A stretch of 64,000 bases of DNA. It comes from Eledone cirrhosa (Eukaryota). Position numbers and translations under genes: made by a program. Of the stretch, positions 37,001-52,000 are shown in pieces. The number at the start of each line of letters is the position of its first letter. Positions within the stretch are counted from its first letter, which is position 1. The stretch is from assembly GCA_964016885.1 (NCBI GenBank), contig OZ024758.1:25048001-25112000 (forward strand), in the 5' to 3' direction. Under the pieces are notes generated by a model, which saw nothing but the letters and a program-made list of their open reading frames with translations, did no database searches and was not told the origin of the DNA.

Positions 37001-40000
37001 CCAAGGTTCTAAGCCAGACTATCCGAGGTTATAAGCCAGACTATTCAAGGTTCTAAGCCAGACTATCTGAGGTTCTAAGCCAGACTATCTGAGGTTCTAA
37101 GCCAGAATATCCAAGGTTCTAAGCCAGACTATCCGAGGTTCTAAGGCAGACTATCTGAGGTTCTAAGCCAGACTATCTGAGGTTCTAAGCCAGACTATCC
37201 AAGGTTCTAAGCCAGACTATCTGAGGTTCTAAGCCAGACTATCCGAGGTTCTAAGCCAGACTATCCAAGGTTCTAAGCCAGAATATCCAAGGTTCTAAGC
37301 CAGATTATCCAAGGTTCTAAGCCAGAATATCCAAGGTTCTAAGCCAGACTATCCGAGGTTCTAAGCCAGACTATTCAAGGTTCTAAGCCAGACTATCTGA
37401 GGTTCTAAGCCAGAATATCCAAGGTTCTAAGCCAGACTATCTGAGGTTCTAAGCCAGACTATCCGAGGTTCTAAGCCAGACTATCCAAGGTTCTAAACCA
37501 GACTATCTGAGGTTCTAAGCCAGACTATCTGAGGTTCTAAGCCAGACTATCTGAGGTTCTAAGCCAGACTATCTGAGGTTCTAAGCCAGACTATCTGAGG
37601 TTCTAAGTCAGACTATCCAAGGTTCTAAGCCAGACTATCCAAGGTTCTAAGCCAGACTATCCAAGGTTCTAAGCCAGACTATCCAAGGTTCTAAGCCAGA
37701 CTATCTAAGGTTCTAAGCCAGACTATCCAAGGTTCTAAGCCAGACTATCCGAGGTTCTAAGCCAGACTATTCAAGGTTCTAAGCCAGACTATCTGAGGTT
37801 CTAAGCCAGACTATCCGAGGTTCTAAGCCAGACTATCCGAGGTTCTAAGCCAGACTATCCGAGGTTCTAAGCCAGACTATCCGAGGTTCTAAGCCAGACT
37901 ATCCGAGGTTCTAAGCCAGACTATCTGAGGTTCTAAGCCAGACAATCTGAGGTTCTAAGCCAGACTATCCAAGGTTCTAAGCCAGACTATCCAAGGTTCT
38001 AAGCCAGACTATCTGAGGTTCTAAGCCAGACTATCCGAGGTTCTAAGCCAGACTATTCAAGGTTCTAAGCCAGAATATCCAAGGTTCTAAGCCAGACTAT
38101 CCGAGGTTCTAAGCCAGACTATTCAAGGTTCTAAGCCAGACTATCTGAGGTTCTAAGCCAGACTATCTGAGGTTCTAAGCCAGAATATCCAAGGTTCTAA
38201 GCCAGACTATCCGAGGTTCTAAGCCAGACTATCTGAGGTTCTAAGCCAGACTATCTGAGGTTCTAAGCCAGACTATCCAAGGTTCTAAGCCAGACTATCC
38301 AAGGTTCTAAGCCAGACTATTCAAGGTTCTAAGCCAGACTATTCAAGGTTCTAAGCCAGACTATCTGAGGTTCTAAGCCAGACTATCCATGGTTCTAAGC
38401 CAGAATATCCAAGGTTCTAAGCCAGACTATCCGAGGTTCTAAGCCAGACTATTCAAGGTTCTAAGCCAGACTATCTGAGGTTCTAAGCCAGACTATCTGA
38501 GGTTCTAAGCCAGAATATCCAAGGTTCTAAGCCAGACTATCCGAGGTTCTAAGCCAGACTATCTGAGGTTCTAAGCCAGACTATCTGAGGTTCAAAGCCA
38601 GACTATCCAAGGTTCTAAGCCAGACTATCTGAGGTTCTAAGCCAGACTATCCGAGGTTCTAAGCCAGACTATCCAAGGTTCTAAGCCAGAATATCCAAGG
38701 TTCTAAGCCAGAATATCCAAGGTTCTAAGCCAGAATATCCAAGGTTCTAAGCCAGACTATCCGAGGTTCTAAGCCAGACTATTCAAGGTTCTAAGCCAGA
38801 CTATCTGAGGTTCTAAGCCAGAATATCCAAGGTTCTAAGCCAGACTATCTGAGGTTCTAAGCCAGACTATCCGAGGTTCTAAGCCAGACTATCCAAGGTT
38901 CTAAACCAGACTATCTGAGGTTCTAAGCCAGACTATCTGAGGTTCTAAGCCAGAATATCCAAGGTTCTAAGCCAGACTATCCGAGGTTCTAAGCCAGACT
39001 ATCCGAGGTTCTAAGCCAGAATATCCAAGGTTCTAAGTCAGACTATCTGAGGTTCTAAGCCAGACTATCTGAGGTTCTAAGCCAGACTATCCAAGGTTCT
39101 AAGCCAGACTATCTGAGGTTCTAAGCCAGACTATCCAAGGTGCTAAGCCAGAATATCCAAGGTTCTAAGCCAGAATATCCAAGGTTCTAAGCCAGACTAT
39201 CCGAGGTTCTAAGCCAGACTATTCAAGGTTCTAAGTCAGACTATCTGAGGTTCTAAGCCAGAATATCCAAGGTTCTAAGCCAGACTATCTGAGGTTCTAA
39301 GCCAGACTATCCAAGGTTCTAAGCCAGACTATCTGAGGTTCTAAGCCAGACTATTCAAGGTTCTAAGCCAGACTACCTGAGGTTCTAAGCCAGACTATCC
39401 AAGGTTCTAAGCCAGACTATCTGAGGTTCTAAGCCAGACTATCCAAGGTTCTAAGCCAGACTATCTAAGGTTCTAAGCCAGACTATCTGAGGTTCTAAGC
39501 CAGACTATCTGAGGTTCTAAGTCAGACTATCCAAGGTTCTAAGCCAGACTATCCAAGGTTCTAAGCCAGACTATCCAAGGTTCTAAGCCAGACTATCCAA
39601 GGTTCTAAGCCAGACTATCTAAGGTTCTAAGCCAGACTATCTGAGGTTCTAAGCCAGACTATCTGAGGTTCTAAGTCAGACTATCCAAGGTTCTAAGCCA
39701 GACTATCCAAAGTTCTAAGCCAGACTATCCAAGGTTCTAAGCCAGACTATCCGAGGTTCTAAGCCAGACTATCCAAGGTTCTAAGCCAGACTATCCAAGG
39801 TTCTAAGCCAGACTATCCGAGGTTCTAAGCCAGACTATTCAAGGTTCTAAGCCAGACTATCTGAGGTTCTAAGCCAGACTATCTGAGGTTCTAAGCCAGA
39901 ATATCCAAGGTTCTAAGCCAGACTATCCGAGGTTCTAAGCCAGACTATCTGAGGTTCTAAGCCAGACTATCCGAGGTTCTAAGCCAGACTATCTGAGGTT

Positions 40001-43000
40001 CTAAGCCAGACAATCTGAGGTTCTAAGCCAGACTATCCAAGGTTCTAAGCCAGACTATCCAAGGTTCTAAGCCAGACTATCTGAGGTTCTAAGCCAGACT
40101 ATCCGAGGTTCTAAGCCACACTATTCAAGGTTCTAAGCCAGACTATTCAAGGTTCTAAGCCAGACTATCTGAGGTTCTAAGCCAGACTATCTGAGGTTCT
40201 AAGCCAGAATATCCAAGGTTCTAAGCCAGACTATCCGAGGTTCTAAGCCAGACTATCTGAGGTTCTAAGCCAGACTATCTGAGGTTCTAAGCCAGACTAT
40301 CCAAGGTTCTAAGCCAGACTATCCAAGGTTCTAAGCCAGACTATCCAAGGTTCTAAGCCAGACTATTCAAGGTTCTAAGCCAGACTATTCAAGGTTCTAA
40401 GCCAGACTATCTGAGGTTCTAAGCCAGACTATCCAAGGTTCTAAGCCAGAATATCCAAGGTTCTAAGCCAGACTATCCGAGGTTCTAAGCCAGACTATTC
40501 AAGGTTCTAAGCCAGACTATCTGAGGTTCTAAGCCAGACTATCTGAGGTTCTAAGCCAGAATATCCAAGGTTCTAAGCCAGACTATCCGAGGTTCTAAGC
40601 CAGACTATCTGAGGTTCTAAGCCAGACTATCTGAGGTTCTAAGCCAGACTATCCAAGGTTCTAAGCCAGACTATCTGAGGTTCTAAGCCAGACTATCCGA
40701 GGTTCTAAGCCAGACTATCCAAGGTTCTAAGCCAGAATATCCAAGGTTCTAAGCCAGAATATCCAAGGTTCTAAGCCAGAATATCCAAGGTTCTAAGCCA
40801 GAATATCCAAGGTTCTAAGCCAGACTATCCGAGGTTCTAAGCCAGACTATTCAAGGTTCTAAGCCAGAATATCCAAGGTTCTAAGCCAGACTATCTGAGG
40901 TTCTAAGCCAGACTATCCGAGGTTCTAAGCCAGACTATCCAAGGTTCTAAACCAGACTATCCAAGGTTCTAAACCAGACTATCCAAGGTTCTAAACCAGA
41001 CTATCTGAGGTTCTAAGCCAGACTATCTGAGGTTCTAAGCCAGAATATCCAAGGTTCTAAGCCAGACTATCCGAGGTTCTAAGCCAGACTATCCGAGGTT
41101 CTAAGCCAGAATATCCAAGGTTCTAAGCCAGAATATCCAAGGTTCTAAGCCAGAATATCCAAGGTTCTAAGCCAGACTATCCGAGGTTCTAAGCCAGACT
41201 ATTCAAGGTTCTAAGCCAGACTATCTGAGGTTCTAAGCCAGAATATCCAAGGTTCTAAGCCAGACTATCCGAGGTTCTAAGCCAGACTATTCAAGGTTCT
41301 AAGTCAGACTATCTAAGGTTCTAAGCCAGACTATCCAAGGTTCTAAGCCAGACTATCCAAGGTTCTAAGCCAGACTATCCAAGGTTCTAAGCCAGACTAT
41401 CCAAGGTTCTAAGCCAGACTATCCAAGGTTCTAAGCCAGACTATCTAAGGTTCTAAGCCAGACTATCCAAGGTTCTAAGCCAGACTATCTGAGGTTCTAA
41501 GCCAGACTATCCAAGGTTCTAAGCCAGACTATCTAAGGTTCTAAGCCAGACTATCTGAGGTTCTAAGCCAGACTATCCAAGGTTCTAAGTCAGACTATCC
41601 AAGGTTCTAAGCCAGACTATCCAAGGTTCTAAGCCAGACTATCCAAGGTTCTAAACCAGACTATCCAAGGTTCTAAACCAGACTATCCAAGGTTCTAAGT
41701 CAGACTATCCAAGGTTCTAAGTCAGACTATCCAAGGTTCTAAGCCAGACTATCCAAGGTTCTAAGCCAGACTATCCAAGGTTCTAAGCCAGACTATCCAA
41801 GGTTCTAAGCCAGACTATCCAAGGTTCTAAGTCAGACTATCCAAGGTTCTAAGCCAGACTATCTGAGGTTCTAAGCCAGACTATCCAAGGTTCTAAGCCA
41901 GACTATCTGAGGTTCTAAGCCAGACTATCTAAGGTTCTAAGCCAGACTATCTGAGGTTCTAAGCCAGACTATCCAAGGTTCTAAGCCAGACTATCTGAGG
42001 TTCTAAGCCAGACTATCCAAGGTTCTAAGCCAGACTATCCAAGGTTCTAAGCCAGACTATCCAAGGTTCTAAGTCAGACTATCCAAGGTTCTAAGCCAGA
42101 CTATCTGAGGTTCTAAGCCAGACTATCCAAGGTTCTAAGCCAGAGTATCCAAGGTTCTAAACCAGACTATCCAAGGTTCTAAGCCAGACTATCCAAGGTT
42201 CTAAGCCAGACTATCCAAGGTTCTAAGTCAGACTATCCAAGGTTCTAAGTCAGACTATCCAAGGTTCTAAGCCAGACTATCCAAGGTTCTAAGTCAGACT
42301 ATCCAAGGTTCTAAGCCAGACTATCTGAGGTTCTAAGCCAGACTATCCAAGGTTCTAAGCCAGACTATCTGAGGTTCTAAGCCAGACTATCCAAGGTTCT
42401 AAGCCAGACTATCTGAGGTTCTAAGCCAGACTATCTAAGGTTCTAAGCCAGACTATCCAAGGTTCTAAGCCAGACTATCCAAGGTTCTAAGCCAGACTAT
42501 CTAAGGTTCTAAGCCAGACTATCTGAGGTTCTAAGCCAGACTATCCAAGGTTCTAAGTCAGACTATCCAAGGTTCTAAGCCAGACTATCCAAGGTTCTAA
42601 GCCAGACTATCCAAGGTTCTAAACCAGACTATCCAAGGTTCTAAGTCAGACTATCCAAGGTTCTAAGTCAGACTATCCAAGGTTCTAAGCCAGACTATCC
42701 AAGGTTCTAAGCCAGACTATCCAAGGTTCTAAGCCAGACTATCCAAGGTTCTAAGCCAGACTATCCAAGGTTCTAAGCCAGACTATCCAAGGTTCTAAGC
42801 CAGACTATCCAAGGTTCTAAGCCAGACTATCTGAGGTTCTAAGCCAGACTATCTAAGGTTCTAAGCCAGACTATCTGAGGTTCTAAGCCAGACTATCCAA
42901 GGTTCTAAGCCAGACTATCTGAGGTTCTAAGCCAGACTATCCAAGGTTCTAAGCCAGACTATCCAAGGTTCTAAGCCAGACTATCCAAGGTTCTAAGTCA

Positions 43001-46000
43001 GACTATCCAAGGTTCTAAGCCAGACTATCCAAGGTTCTAAGCCAGACTATCTGAGGTTCTAAGCCAGACTATCCAAGGTTCTAAGCCAGACTATCCAAGG
43101 TTCTAAGCCAGAATATCCAAGGTTCTAAGCCAGAATATCCAAGGTTCTAAGCCAGAATATCCAAGGTTCTAAGCCAGACTATCCGAGGTTCTAAGCCAGA
43201 CTATTCAAGGTTCTAAACCAGAATATCCAAGGTTCTAAGCCAGACTATCTGAGGTTCTAAGCCAGACTATCCGAGGTTCTAAGCCAGACTATCCAAGGTT
43301 CTAAACCAGACTATCCAAGGTTCTAAACCAGACTATCCAAGGTTCTAAACCAGACTATCTGAGGTTCTAAGCCAGACTATCTGAGGTTCTAAGCCAGAAT
43401 ATCCAAGGTTCTAAGCCAGACTATCCGAGGTTCTAAGCCAGACTATCCGAGGTTCTAAGCCAGAATATCCAAGGTTCTAAGCCAGAATATCCAAGGTTCT
43501 AAGCCAGAATATCCAAGGTTCTAAGCCAGACTATCCGAGGTTCTAAGCCAGACTATTCAAGGTTCTAAGCCAGACTATCTGAGGTTCTAAGCCAGAATAT
43601 CCAAGGTTCTAAGCCAGACTATCCGAGGTTCTAAGCCAGACTATTCAAGGTTCTAAGCCAGACTATCCAAGGTTCTAAGTCAGACTATCCAAGGTTCTAA
43701 GCCAGACTATCCAAGGTTCTAAGCCAAACTATCCAAGGTTCTAAGTCAGACTATCCAAGGTTCTAAGCCAGACTATCTGAGGTTCTAAGCCAGACTATCT
43801 GAGGTTCTAAGTCAGACTATCTAAGGTTCTAAGCCAGACTATCCAAGGTTCTAAGCCAGACTATCCAAGGTTCTAAGCCAGACTATCTGAGGTTCTAAGC
43901 CAGACTATCCAAGGTTCTAAGCCAGACTATCCAAGGTTCTAAGCCAGACTATCTAAGGTTCTAAGCCAGACTATCCAAGGTTCTAAGCCAGACTATCTGA
44001 GGTTCTAAGCCAGACTATCCAAGGTTCTAAGCCAGACTATCTAAGGTTCTAAGCCAGACTATCTGAGGTTCTAAGCCAGACTATCCAAGGTTCTAAGTCA
44101 GACTATCCAAGGTTCTAAGCCAGACTATCCAAGGTTCTAAGCCAGACTATCCAAGGTTCTAAACCAGACTGTCCAAGGTTCTAAGTCAGACTATCCAAGG
44201 TTCTAAGTCAGACTATCCAAGGTTCTAAGCCAGACTATCCAAGGTTCTAAGCCAGACTATCCAAGGTTCTAAGCCAGACTATCCAAGGTTCTAAGCCAGA
44301 CTATCCAAGGTTCTAAGTCAGACTATCCAAGGTTCTAAGCCAGACTATCTGAGGTTCTAAGTCAGACTATCCAAGGTTCTAAACCAGACTATCCAAGGTT
44401 CTAAGTCAGACTATCCAAGGTTCTAAGTCAGACTATCTGAGGTTCTAAGTCAGACTATCCAATGTTCTAAGCCAGACTATCCAAGGTTCTAAGCCAGACT
44501 ATCCAAGGTTCTAAGCCAGACTATCCAAGGTTCTAAGCCAGACTATCTGAGGTTCTAAGTCAGACTATCCAAGGTTCTAAGCCAGACTATCCAAGGTTCT
44601 AAGCCAGACTATCTGAGGTTCTAAGTCAGACTATCCAAGGTTCTAAGCCAGAATATCCAAGGTTCTAAGCCAGACTATCCAAGGTTCTAAGCCAGACTAT
44701 CTGAGGTTCTAAGCCAGACTATCCAAGTTTCTAAGTCAGACTATCTGAGGTTCTAAGCCAGACTATCCAAGGTTCTAAGTCAGACTATCTGAGGTTCTAA
44801 GCCAGACTATCCAAGGTTCTAAGTCAGACTATCTGAGGTTCTAAGCCAGACTATCCAAGGTTCTAAGTCAGACTATCTGAGGTTCTAAGCCAGACTATCC
44901 AAGGTTCTAAGTCAGACTATCTGAGGTTCTAAGCCAGACTATCTGAGGTTCTAAGCCAGAATATCTGAGGTTCTAAGCCAGACTATCTGAGGTTCTAAGC
45001 CAGACTATCTGAGGTTCTAAGCCAGACTATCTGAGGTTCTAAGCCAGACTATCTGAGGTTCTAAGCCAGACTATCTGAGGTTCTAAGCCAGACTATCTGA
45101 GGTTCTAAACCAGACTATCCAAGGTTCTAAGCCAGACTATCCGAGGTTCTAAGCCAGACTATCCGAGGTTCTAAGCCAGACTATCCAAGGTTCTAAGCCA
45201 GACTATCCAAGTTTCTAAGCCAGACTATCCAAGGTTGTAAGTCAGACTATCCAAGGTTCTAAGTCAGACTATCTGAGGTTCTAAGTCAGACTATCCAATG
45301 TTCTAAGCCAGACTATCCAAGGTTCTAAGCCAGACTATCCAAGGTTCTAAGCCAGACTATCCAAGGTTCTAAGCCAGACTATCTGAGGTTCTAAGTCAGA
45401 CTATCCAAGGTTCTAAGCCAGACTATCCAAGGTTCTAAGCCAGACTATCCAAGGTTCTAAGCCAGAATATCCAAGGTTCTAAGCCAGACTATCCAAGGTT
45501 CTAAGCCAGACTATCTGAGGTTCTAAGCCAGACTATCCAAGTTTCTAAGTCAGACTATCTGAGGTTCTAAGCCAGACTATCCAAGGTTCTAAGTCAGACT
45601 ATCTGAGGTTCTAAGCCAGACTATCCAAGGTTCTAAGTCAGACTATCTGAGGTTCTAAGCCAGACTATCCAAGGTTCTAAGTCAGACTATCTGAGGTTCT
45701 AAGCCAGACTATCTGAGGTTCTAAGCCAGAATATCTGAGGTTCTAAGCCAGACTATCTGAGGTTCTAAGCCAGACTATCTGAGGTTCTAAGCCAGACTAA
45801 CTGAGGTTCTAAGCCAGACTATCTGAGGTTCTAAGCCAGACTATCTGAGGTTCTAAGCCAGACTATCTGAGGTTCTAAGCCAGACTATCTGAGGTTCTAA
45901 GCCAGACTATCTGAGGTTCTAAACCAGACTATCCAAGGTTCTAAGCCAGACTATCTGAGGTTCTAAGCCAGACTATCTGAGGTTCTAAGCCAGAATATCC

Positions 46001-49000
46001 AAGTTTCTAAGCCAGAATATCCAAGGTTCTAAGCCAGACTATCCAAGGTTCTAAGCCAGACTATCCAAGGTTCTAAGCCAGACTATCTGAGGTCCTAAGC
46101 CAGACTATCTGAGGTTCTAAGCCAGACTATCTGAGGTTCTAAGCCAGACTATCTGAGGTTCTAAGCCAGACTATCTGAGGTTCTAAGCCAGACTATCTGA
46201 GGTTCTAAGCCAGACTATCTGAGGTTCTAAGCCAGACTATCTGAGATTCTAAGCCAGACTATCCAAGGTTCTAAGTCAGACTATCTGAGGTTCTAAGCCA
46301 GACTATCCAAGGTTCTAAGTCAGACTATCTGAGGTTCTAAGCCAGACTATCTGAGGTTCTAAGCCAGACTATCTGAGGTTCTAAGCCAGACTATCTGAGG
46401 TTCTAAGCCAGACTATCTGAGGTTCTAAGCCAGACTATCCAAGGTTCTAAGCCAGACTATCTGAGGTTCTAAGCCAGACTATCTGAGGTTCTAAGCCAGA
46501 CTATCCAAGGTTCTAAGTCAGACTATCTGAGGTTCTAAGCCAGACTATCTGAGGTTCTAAGCCAGACTATCTGAGGTTCTAAGCCAGACTATCTGAGGTT
46601 CTAAGCCAGACTATCCAAGGTTCTAAGCCAGACTATCTGAGGTTCTAAGCCAGACTATCTGAGGTTCTAAGCCAGACTATCTGAGGTTCTAAGCCAGACT
46701 ATCTGAGGTTCTAAGCCAGACTATCTGAGGTTCTAAACCAGACTATCCAAGGTTCTAAGCCAGACTATCTGAGGTTCTAAGCCAGACTATCTGAGGTTCT
46801 AAGCCAGACTATCTGAGGTTCTAAGCCAGAATATCCGAGGTTCTAAGCCAGACTATCTGAGGTTCTAAGCCAGACTATCTGAAGTTCTAAGCCAGACTAT
46901 CTGAGGTTCTAAGCCAGACTATCTGAGGTTCTAAGCCAGACTATCCGAGGTTCTAAGCCAGACTATCTGAGGTTCTAAGCCAGAATATCCGAGGTTCTAA
47001 GCCAGACTATCTGAGGTTCTAAGCCAGACTATCTGAGGTTCTAAGCCAGACTATCTGAGGTTCTAAGCCAGACTATCCAAGGTTCTAAGCCAGACTATCT
47101 GAGGTTCTAAGCCAGACTATCCAAGGTTCTAAGTCAGACTATCCGAGGTTCTAAGCCAGACTATTCAAGGTTCTAAGCCAGACTATCTGAGGTTCTAAGC
47201 CAGAATATCCAAGGTTCTAAGCCAGACTATCCGAGGTTCTAAGCCAGACTATTCAAGGTTCTAAGCCAGACTATCCAAGGTTCTAAGTCAGACTATCCAA
47301 GGTTCTAAGCCAGACTATCCAAGGTTCTAAGCCAAACTATCCAAGGTTCTAAGTCAGACTATCCAAGGTTCTAAGCCAGACTATCTGAGGTTCTAAGCCA
47401 GACTATCTGAGGTTCTAAGTCAGACTATCTAAGGTTCTAAGCCAGACTATCCAAGGTTCTAAGCCAGACTATCCAAGGTTCTAAGCCAGACTATCTGAGG
47501 TTCTAAGCCAGACTATCCAAGGTTCTAAGCCAGACTATCCAAGGTTCTAAGCCAGACTATCTAAGGTTCTAAGCCAGACTATCCAAGGTTCTAAGCCAGA
47601 CTATCTGAGGTTCTAAGCCAGACTATCCAAGGTTCTAAGCCAGACTATCTAAGGTTCTAAGCCAGACTATCTGAGGTTCTAAGCCAGACTATCCAAGGTT
47701 CTAAGTCAGACTATCCAAGGTTCTAAGCCAGACTATCCAAGGTTCTAAGCCAGACTATCCAAGGTTCTAAACCAGACTATCCAAGGTTCTAAGTCAGACT
47801 ATCCAAGGTTCTAAGTCAGACTATCCAAGGTTCTAAGCCAGACTATCCAAGGTTCTAAGCCAGACTATCCAAGGTTCTAAGCCAGACTATCCAAGGTTCT
47901 AAGCCAGACTATCCAAGGTTCTAAGTCAGACTATCCAAGGTTCTAAGCCAGACTATCTGAGGTTCTAAGTCAGACTATCCAAGGTTCTAAACCAGACTAT
48001 CCAAGGTTCTAAACCAGACTATCCAAGGTTCTAAGCCAGACTATCCAAGGTTCTAAGCCAGACTATCCAAGGTTCTAAGCCAGACTATCCAAGGTTCTAA
48101 GCCAGACTATCCAAGGTTCTAAGTCAGACTATCCAAGGTTCTAAGCCAGACTATCCAAGGTTCTAAGCCAGACTATCCAAGGTTCTAAGTCAGACTATCC
48201 AAGGTTCTAAGTCAGACTATCTGAGGTTCTAAGTCAGACTATCCAATGTTCTAAGCCAGACTATCCAAGGTTCTAAGCCAGACTATCCAAGGTTCTAAGC
48301 CAGACTATCCAAGGTTCTAAGCCAGACTATCTGAGGTTCTAAGTCAGACTATCCAAGGTTCTAAGCCAGACTATCCAAGGTTCTAAGCCAGACTATCTGA
48401 GGTTCTAAGTCAGACTATCCAAGGTTCTAAGCCAGAATATCCAAGGTTCTAAGCCAGACTATCCAAGGTTCTAAGCCAGACTATCTGAGGTTCTAAGCCA
48501 GACTATCCAAGGTTCTAAGTCAGACTATCTGAGGTTCTAAGCCAGACTATCCAAGGTTCTAAGTCAGACTATCTGAGGTTCTAAGCCAGACTATCCAAGG
48601 TTCTAAGTCAGACTATCTGAGGTTCTAAGCCAGACTATCCAAGGTTCTAAGTCAGACTATCTGAGGTTCTAAGCCAGACTATCTGAGGTTCTAAGCCAGA
48701 ATATCTGAGGTTCTAAGCCAGACTATCTGAGGTTCTAAGCCAGACTATCTGAGGTTCTAAGCCAGACTATCTGAGGTTCTAAGCCAGACTATCTGAGGTT
48801 CTAAGCCAGACTATCTGAGGTTCTAAGCCAGACTATCTGAGGTTCTAAACCAGACTATCCAAGGTTCTAAGCCAGACTATCTGAGGTTCTAAGCCAGACT
48901 ATCCGAGGTTCTAAGCCAGACTATCCAAGGTTCTAAGCCAGACTATCCAAGTTTCTAAGCCAGACTATCCAAGGTTCTAAGTCAGACTATCCAAGGTTCT

Positions 49001-52000
49001 AAGTCAGACTATCTGAGGTTCTAAGTCAGACTATCCAATGTTCTAAGCCAGACTATCCAAGGTTCTAAGCCAGACTATCCAAGGTTCTAAGCCAGACTAT
49101 CCAAGGTTCTAAGCCAGACTATCTGAGGTTCTAAGTCAGACTATCCAAGGTTCTAAGCCAGACTATCCAAGGTTCTAAGCCAGACTATCTGAGGTTCTAA
49201 GTCAGACTATCCAAGGTTCTAAGCCAGAATATCCAAGGTTCTAAGCCAGACTATCCAAGGTTCTAAGCCAGACTATCTGAGGTTCTAAGCCAGACTATCC
49301 AAGTTTCTAAGTCAGACTATCTGAGGTTCTAAGCCAGACTATCCAAGGTTCTAAGTCAGACTATCTGAGGTTCTAAGCCAGACTATCCAAGGTTCTAAGT
49401 CAGACTATCTGAGGTTCTAAGCCAGACTATCCAAGGTTCTAAGTCAGACTATCTGAGGTTCTAAGCCAGACTATCTGAGGTTCTAAGCCAGAATATCTGA
49501 GGTTCTAAGCCAGACTATCTGAGGTTCTAAGCCAGACTATCTGAGGTTCTAAGCCAGACTAACTGAGGTTCTAAGCCAGACTATCTGAGGTTCTAAGCCA
49601 GACTATCTGAGGTTCTAAGCCAGACTATCTGAGGTTCTAAGCCAGACTATCTGAGGTTCTAAGCCAGACTATCTGAGGTTCTAAACCAGACTATCCAAGG
49701 TTCTAAGCCAGACTATCTGAGGTTCTAAGCCAGACTATCTGAGGTTCTAAGCCAGAATATCCAAGTTTCTAAGCCAGAATATCCAAGGTTCTAAGCCAGA
49801 ATATCCAAGGTTCTAAGCCAGACTATCCAAGGTTCTAAGCCAGACTATCTGAGGTCCTAAGCCAGACTATCTGAGGTTCTAAGCCAGACTATCTGAGGTT
49901 CTAAGCCAGACTATCTGAGGTTCTAAGCCAGACTATCTGAGGTTCTAAGCCAGACTATCTGAGGTTCTAAGCCAGACTATCTGAGGTTCTAAGCCAGACT
50001 ATCTGAGGTTCTAAGCCAGACTATCTGAGATTCTAAGCCAGACTATCCAAGGTTCTAAGTCAGACTATCTGAGGTTCTAAGCCAGACTATCCAAGGTTCT
50101 AAGTCAGACTATCTGAGGTTCTAAGCCAGACTATCTGAGGTTCTAAGCCAGACTATCTGAGGTTCTAAGCCAGACTATCTGAGGTTCTAAGCCAGACTAT
50201 CCAAGGTTCTAAACCAGACTATCCAAGGTTCTAAACCAGACTATCCAAGGTTCTAAGTCAGACTATCCAAGGTTCTAAGTCAGACTATCCAAGGTTCTAA
50301 GCCAGACTATCCAAGGTTCTAAGCCAGACTATCCAAGGTTCTAAGCCAGACTATCCAAGGTTCTAAGCCAGACTATCCAAGGTTCTAAGTCAGACTATCC
50401 AAGGTTCTAAGCCAGACTATCTGAGGTTCTAAGCCAGACTATCCAAGGTTCTAAGCCAGACTATCTGAGGTTCTAAGCCAGACTATCTAAGGTTCTAAGC
50501 CAGACTATCTGAGGTTCTAAGCCAGACTATCCAAGGTTCTAAGCCAGACTATCTGAGGTTCTAAGCCAGACTATCCAAGGTTCTAAGCCAGACTATCCAA
50601 GGTTCTAAGCCAGACTATCCAAGGTTCTAAGTCAGACTATCCAAGGTTCTAAGCCAGACTATCTGAGGTTCTAAGCCAGACTATCCAAGGTTCTAAGCCA
50701 GAGTATCCAAGGTTCTAAACCAGACTATCCAAGGTTCTAAGCCAGACTATCCAAGGTTCTAAGCCAGACTATCCAAGGTTCTAAGTCAGACTATCCAAGG
50801 TTCTAAGTCAGACTATCCAAGGTTCTAAGCCAGACTATCCAAGGTTCTAAGTCAGACTATCCAAGGTTCTAAGCCAGACTATCTGAGGTTCTAAGCCAGA
50901 CTATCCAAGGTTCTAAGCCAGACTATCTGAGGTTCTAAGCCAGACTATCCAAGGTTCTAAGCCAGACTATCTGAGGTTCTAAGCCAGACTATCTAAGGTT
51001 CTAAGCCAGACTATCCAAGGTTCTAAGCCAGACTATCCAAGGTTCTAAGCCAGACTATCTAAGGTTCTAAGCCAGACTATCTGAGGTTCTAAGCCAGACT
51101 ATCCAAGGTTCTAAGTCAGACTATCCAAGGTTCTAAGCCAGACTATCCAAGGTTCTAAGCCAGACTATCCAAGGTTCTAAACCAGACTATCCAAGGTTCT
51201 AAGTCAGACTATCCAAGGTTCTAAGTCAGACTATCCAAGGTTCTAAGCCAGACTATCCAAGGTTCTAAGCCAGACTATCCAAGGTTCTAAGCCAGACTAT
51301 CCAAGGTTCTAAGCCAGACTATCCAAGGTTCTAAGGCAGACTATCCAAGGTTCTAAGTCAGACTATCCAAGGTTCTAAGCCAGACTATCCAAGGTTCTAA
51401 GCCAGACTATCTGAGGTTCTAAGCCAGACTATCTAAGGTTCTAAGCCAGACTATCTGAGGTTCTAAGCCAGACTATCCAAGGTTCTAAGCCAGACTATCT
51501 GAGGTTCTAAGCCAGACTATCCAAGGTTCTAAGCCAGACTATCCAAGGTTCTAAGCCAGACTATCCAAGGTTCTAAGTCAGACTATCCAAGGTTCTAAGC
51601 CAGACTATCCAAGGTTCTAAGCCAGACTATCTGAGGTTCTAAGCCAGACTATCCAAGGTTCTAAGCCAGACTATCCAAGGTTCTAAGCCAGAATATCCAA
51701 GGTTCTAAGCCAGAATATCCAAGGTTCTAAGCCAGAATATCCAAGGTTCTAAGCCAGACTATCCGAGGTTCTAAGCCAGACTATTCAAGGTTCTAAACCA
51801 GAATATCCAAGGTTCTAAGCCAGACTATCTGAGGTTCTAAGCCAGACTATCTGAGGTTCTAAACCAGACTATCCAAGGTTCTAAGCCAGACTATCTGAGG
51901 TTCTAAGCCAGACTATCTGAGGTTCTAAGCCAGAATATCCAAGTTTCTAAGCCAGAATATCCAAGGTTCTAAGCCAGACTATCCAAGGTTCTAAGCCAGA

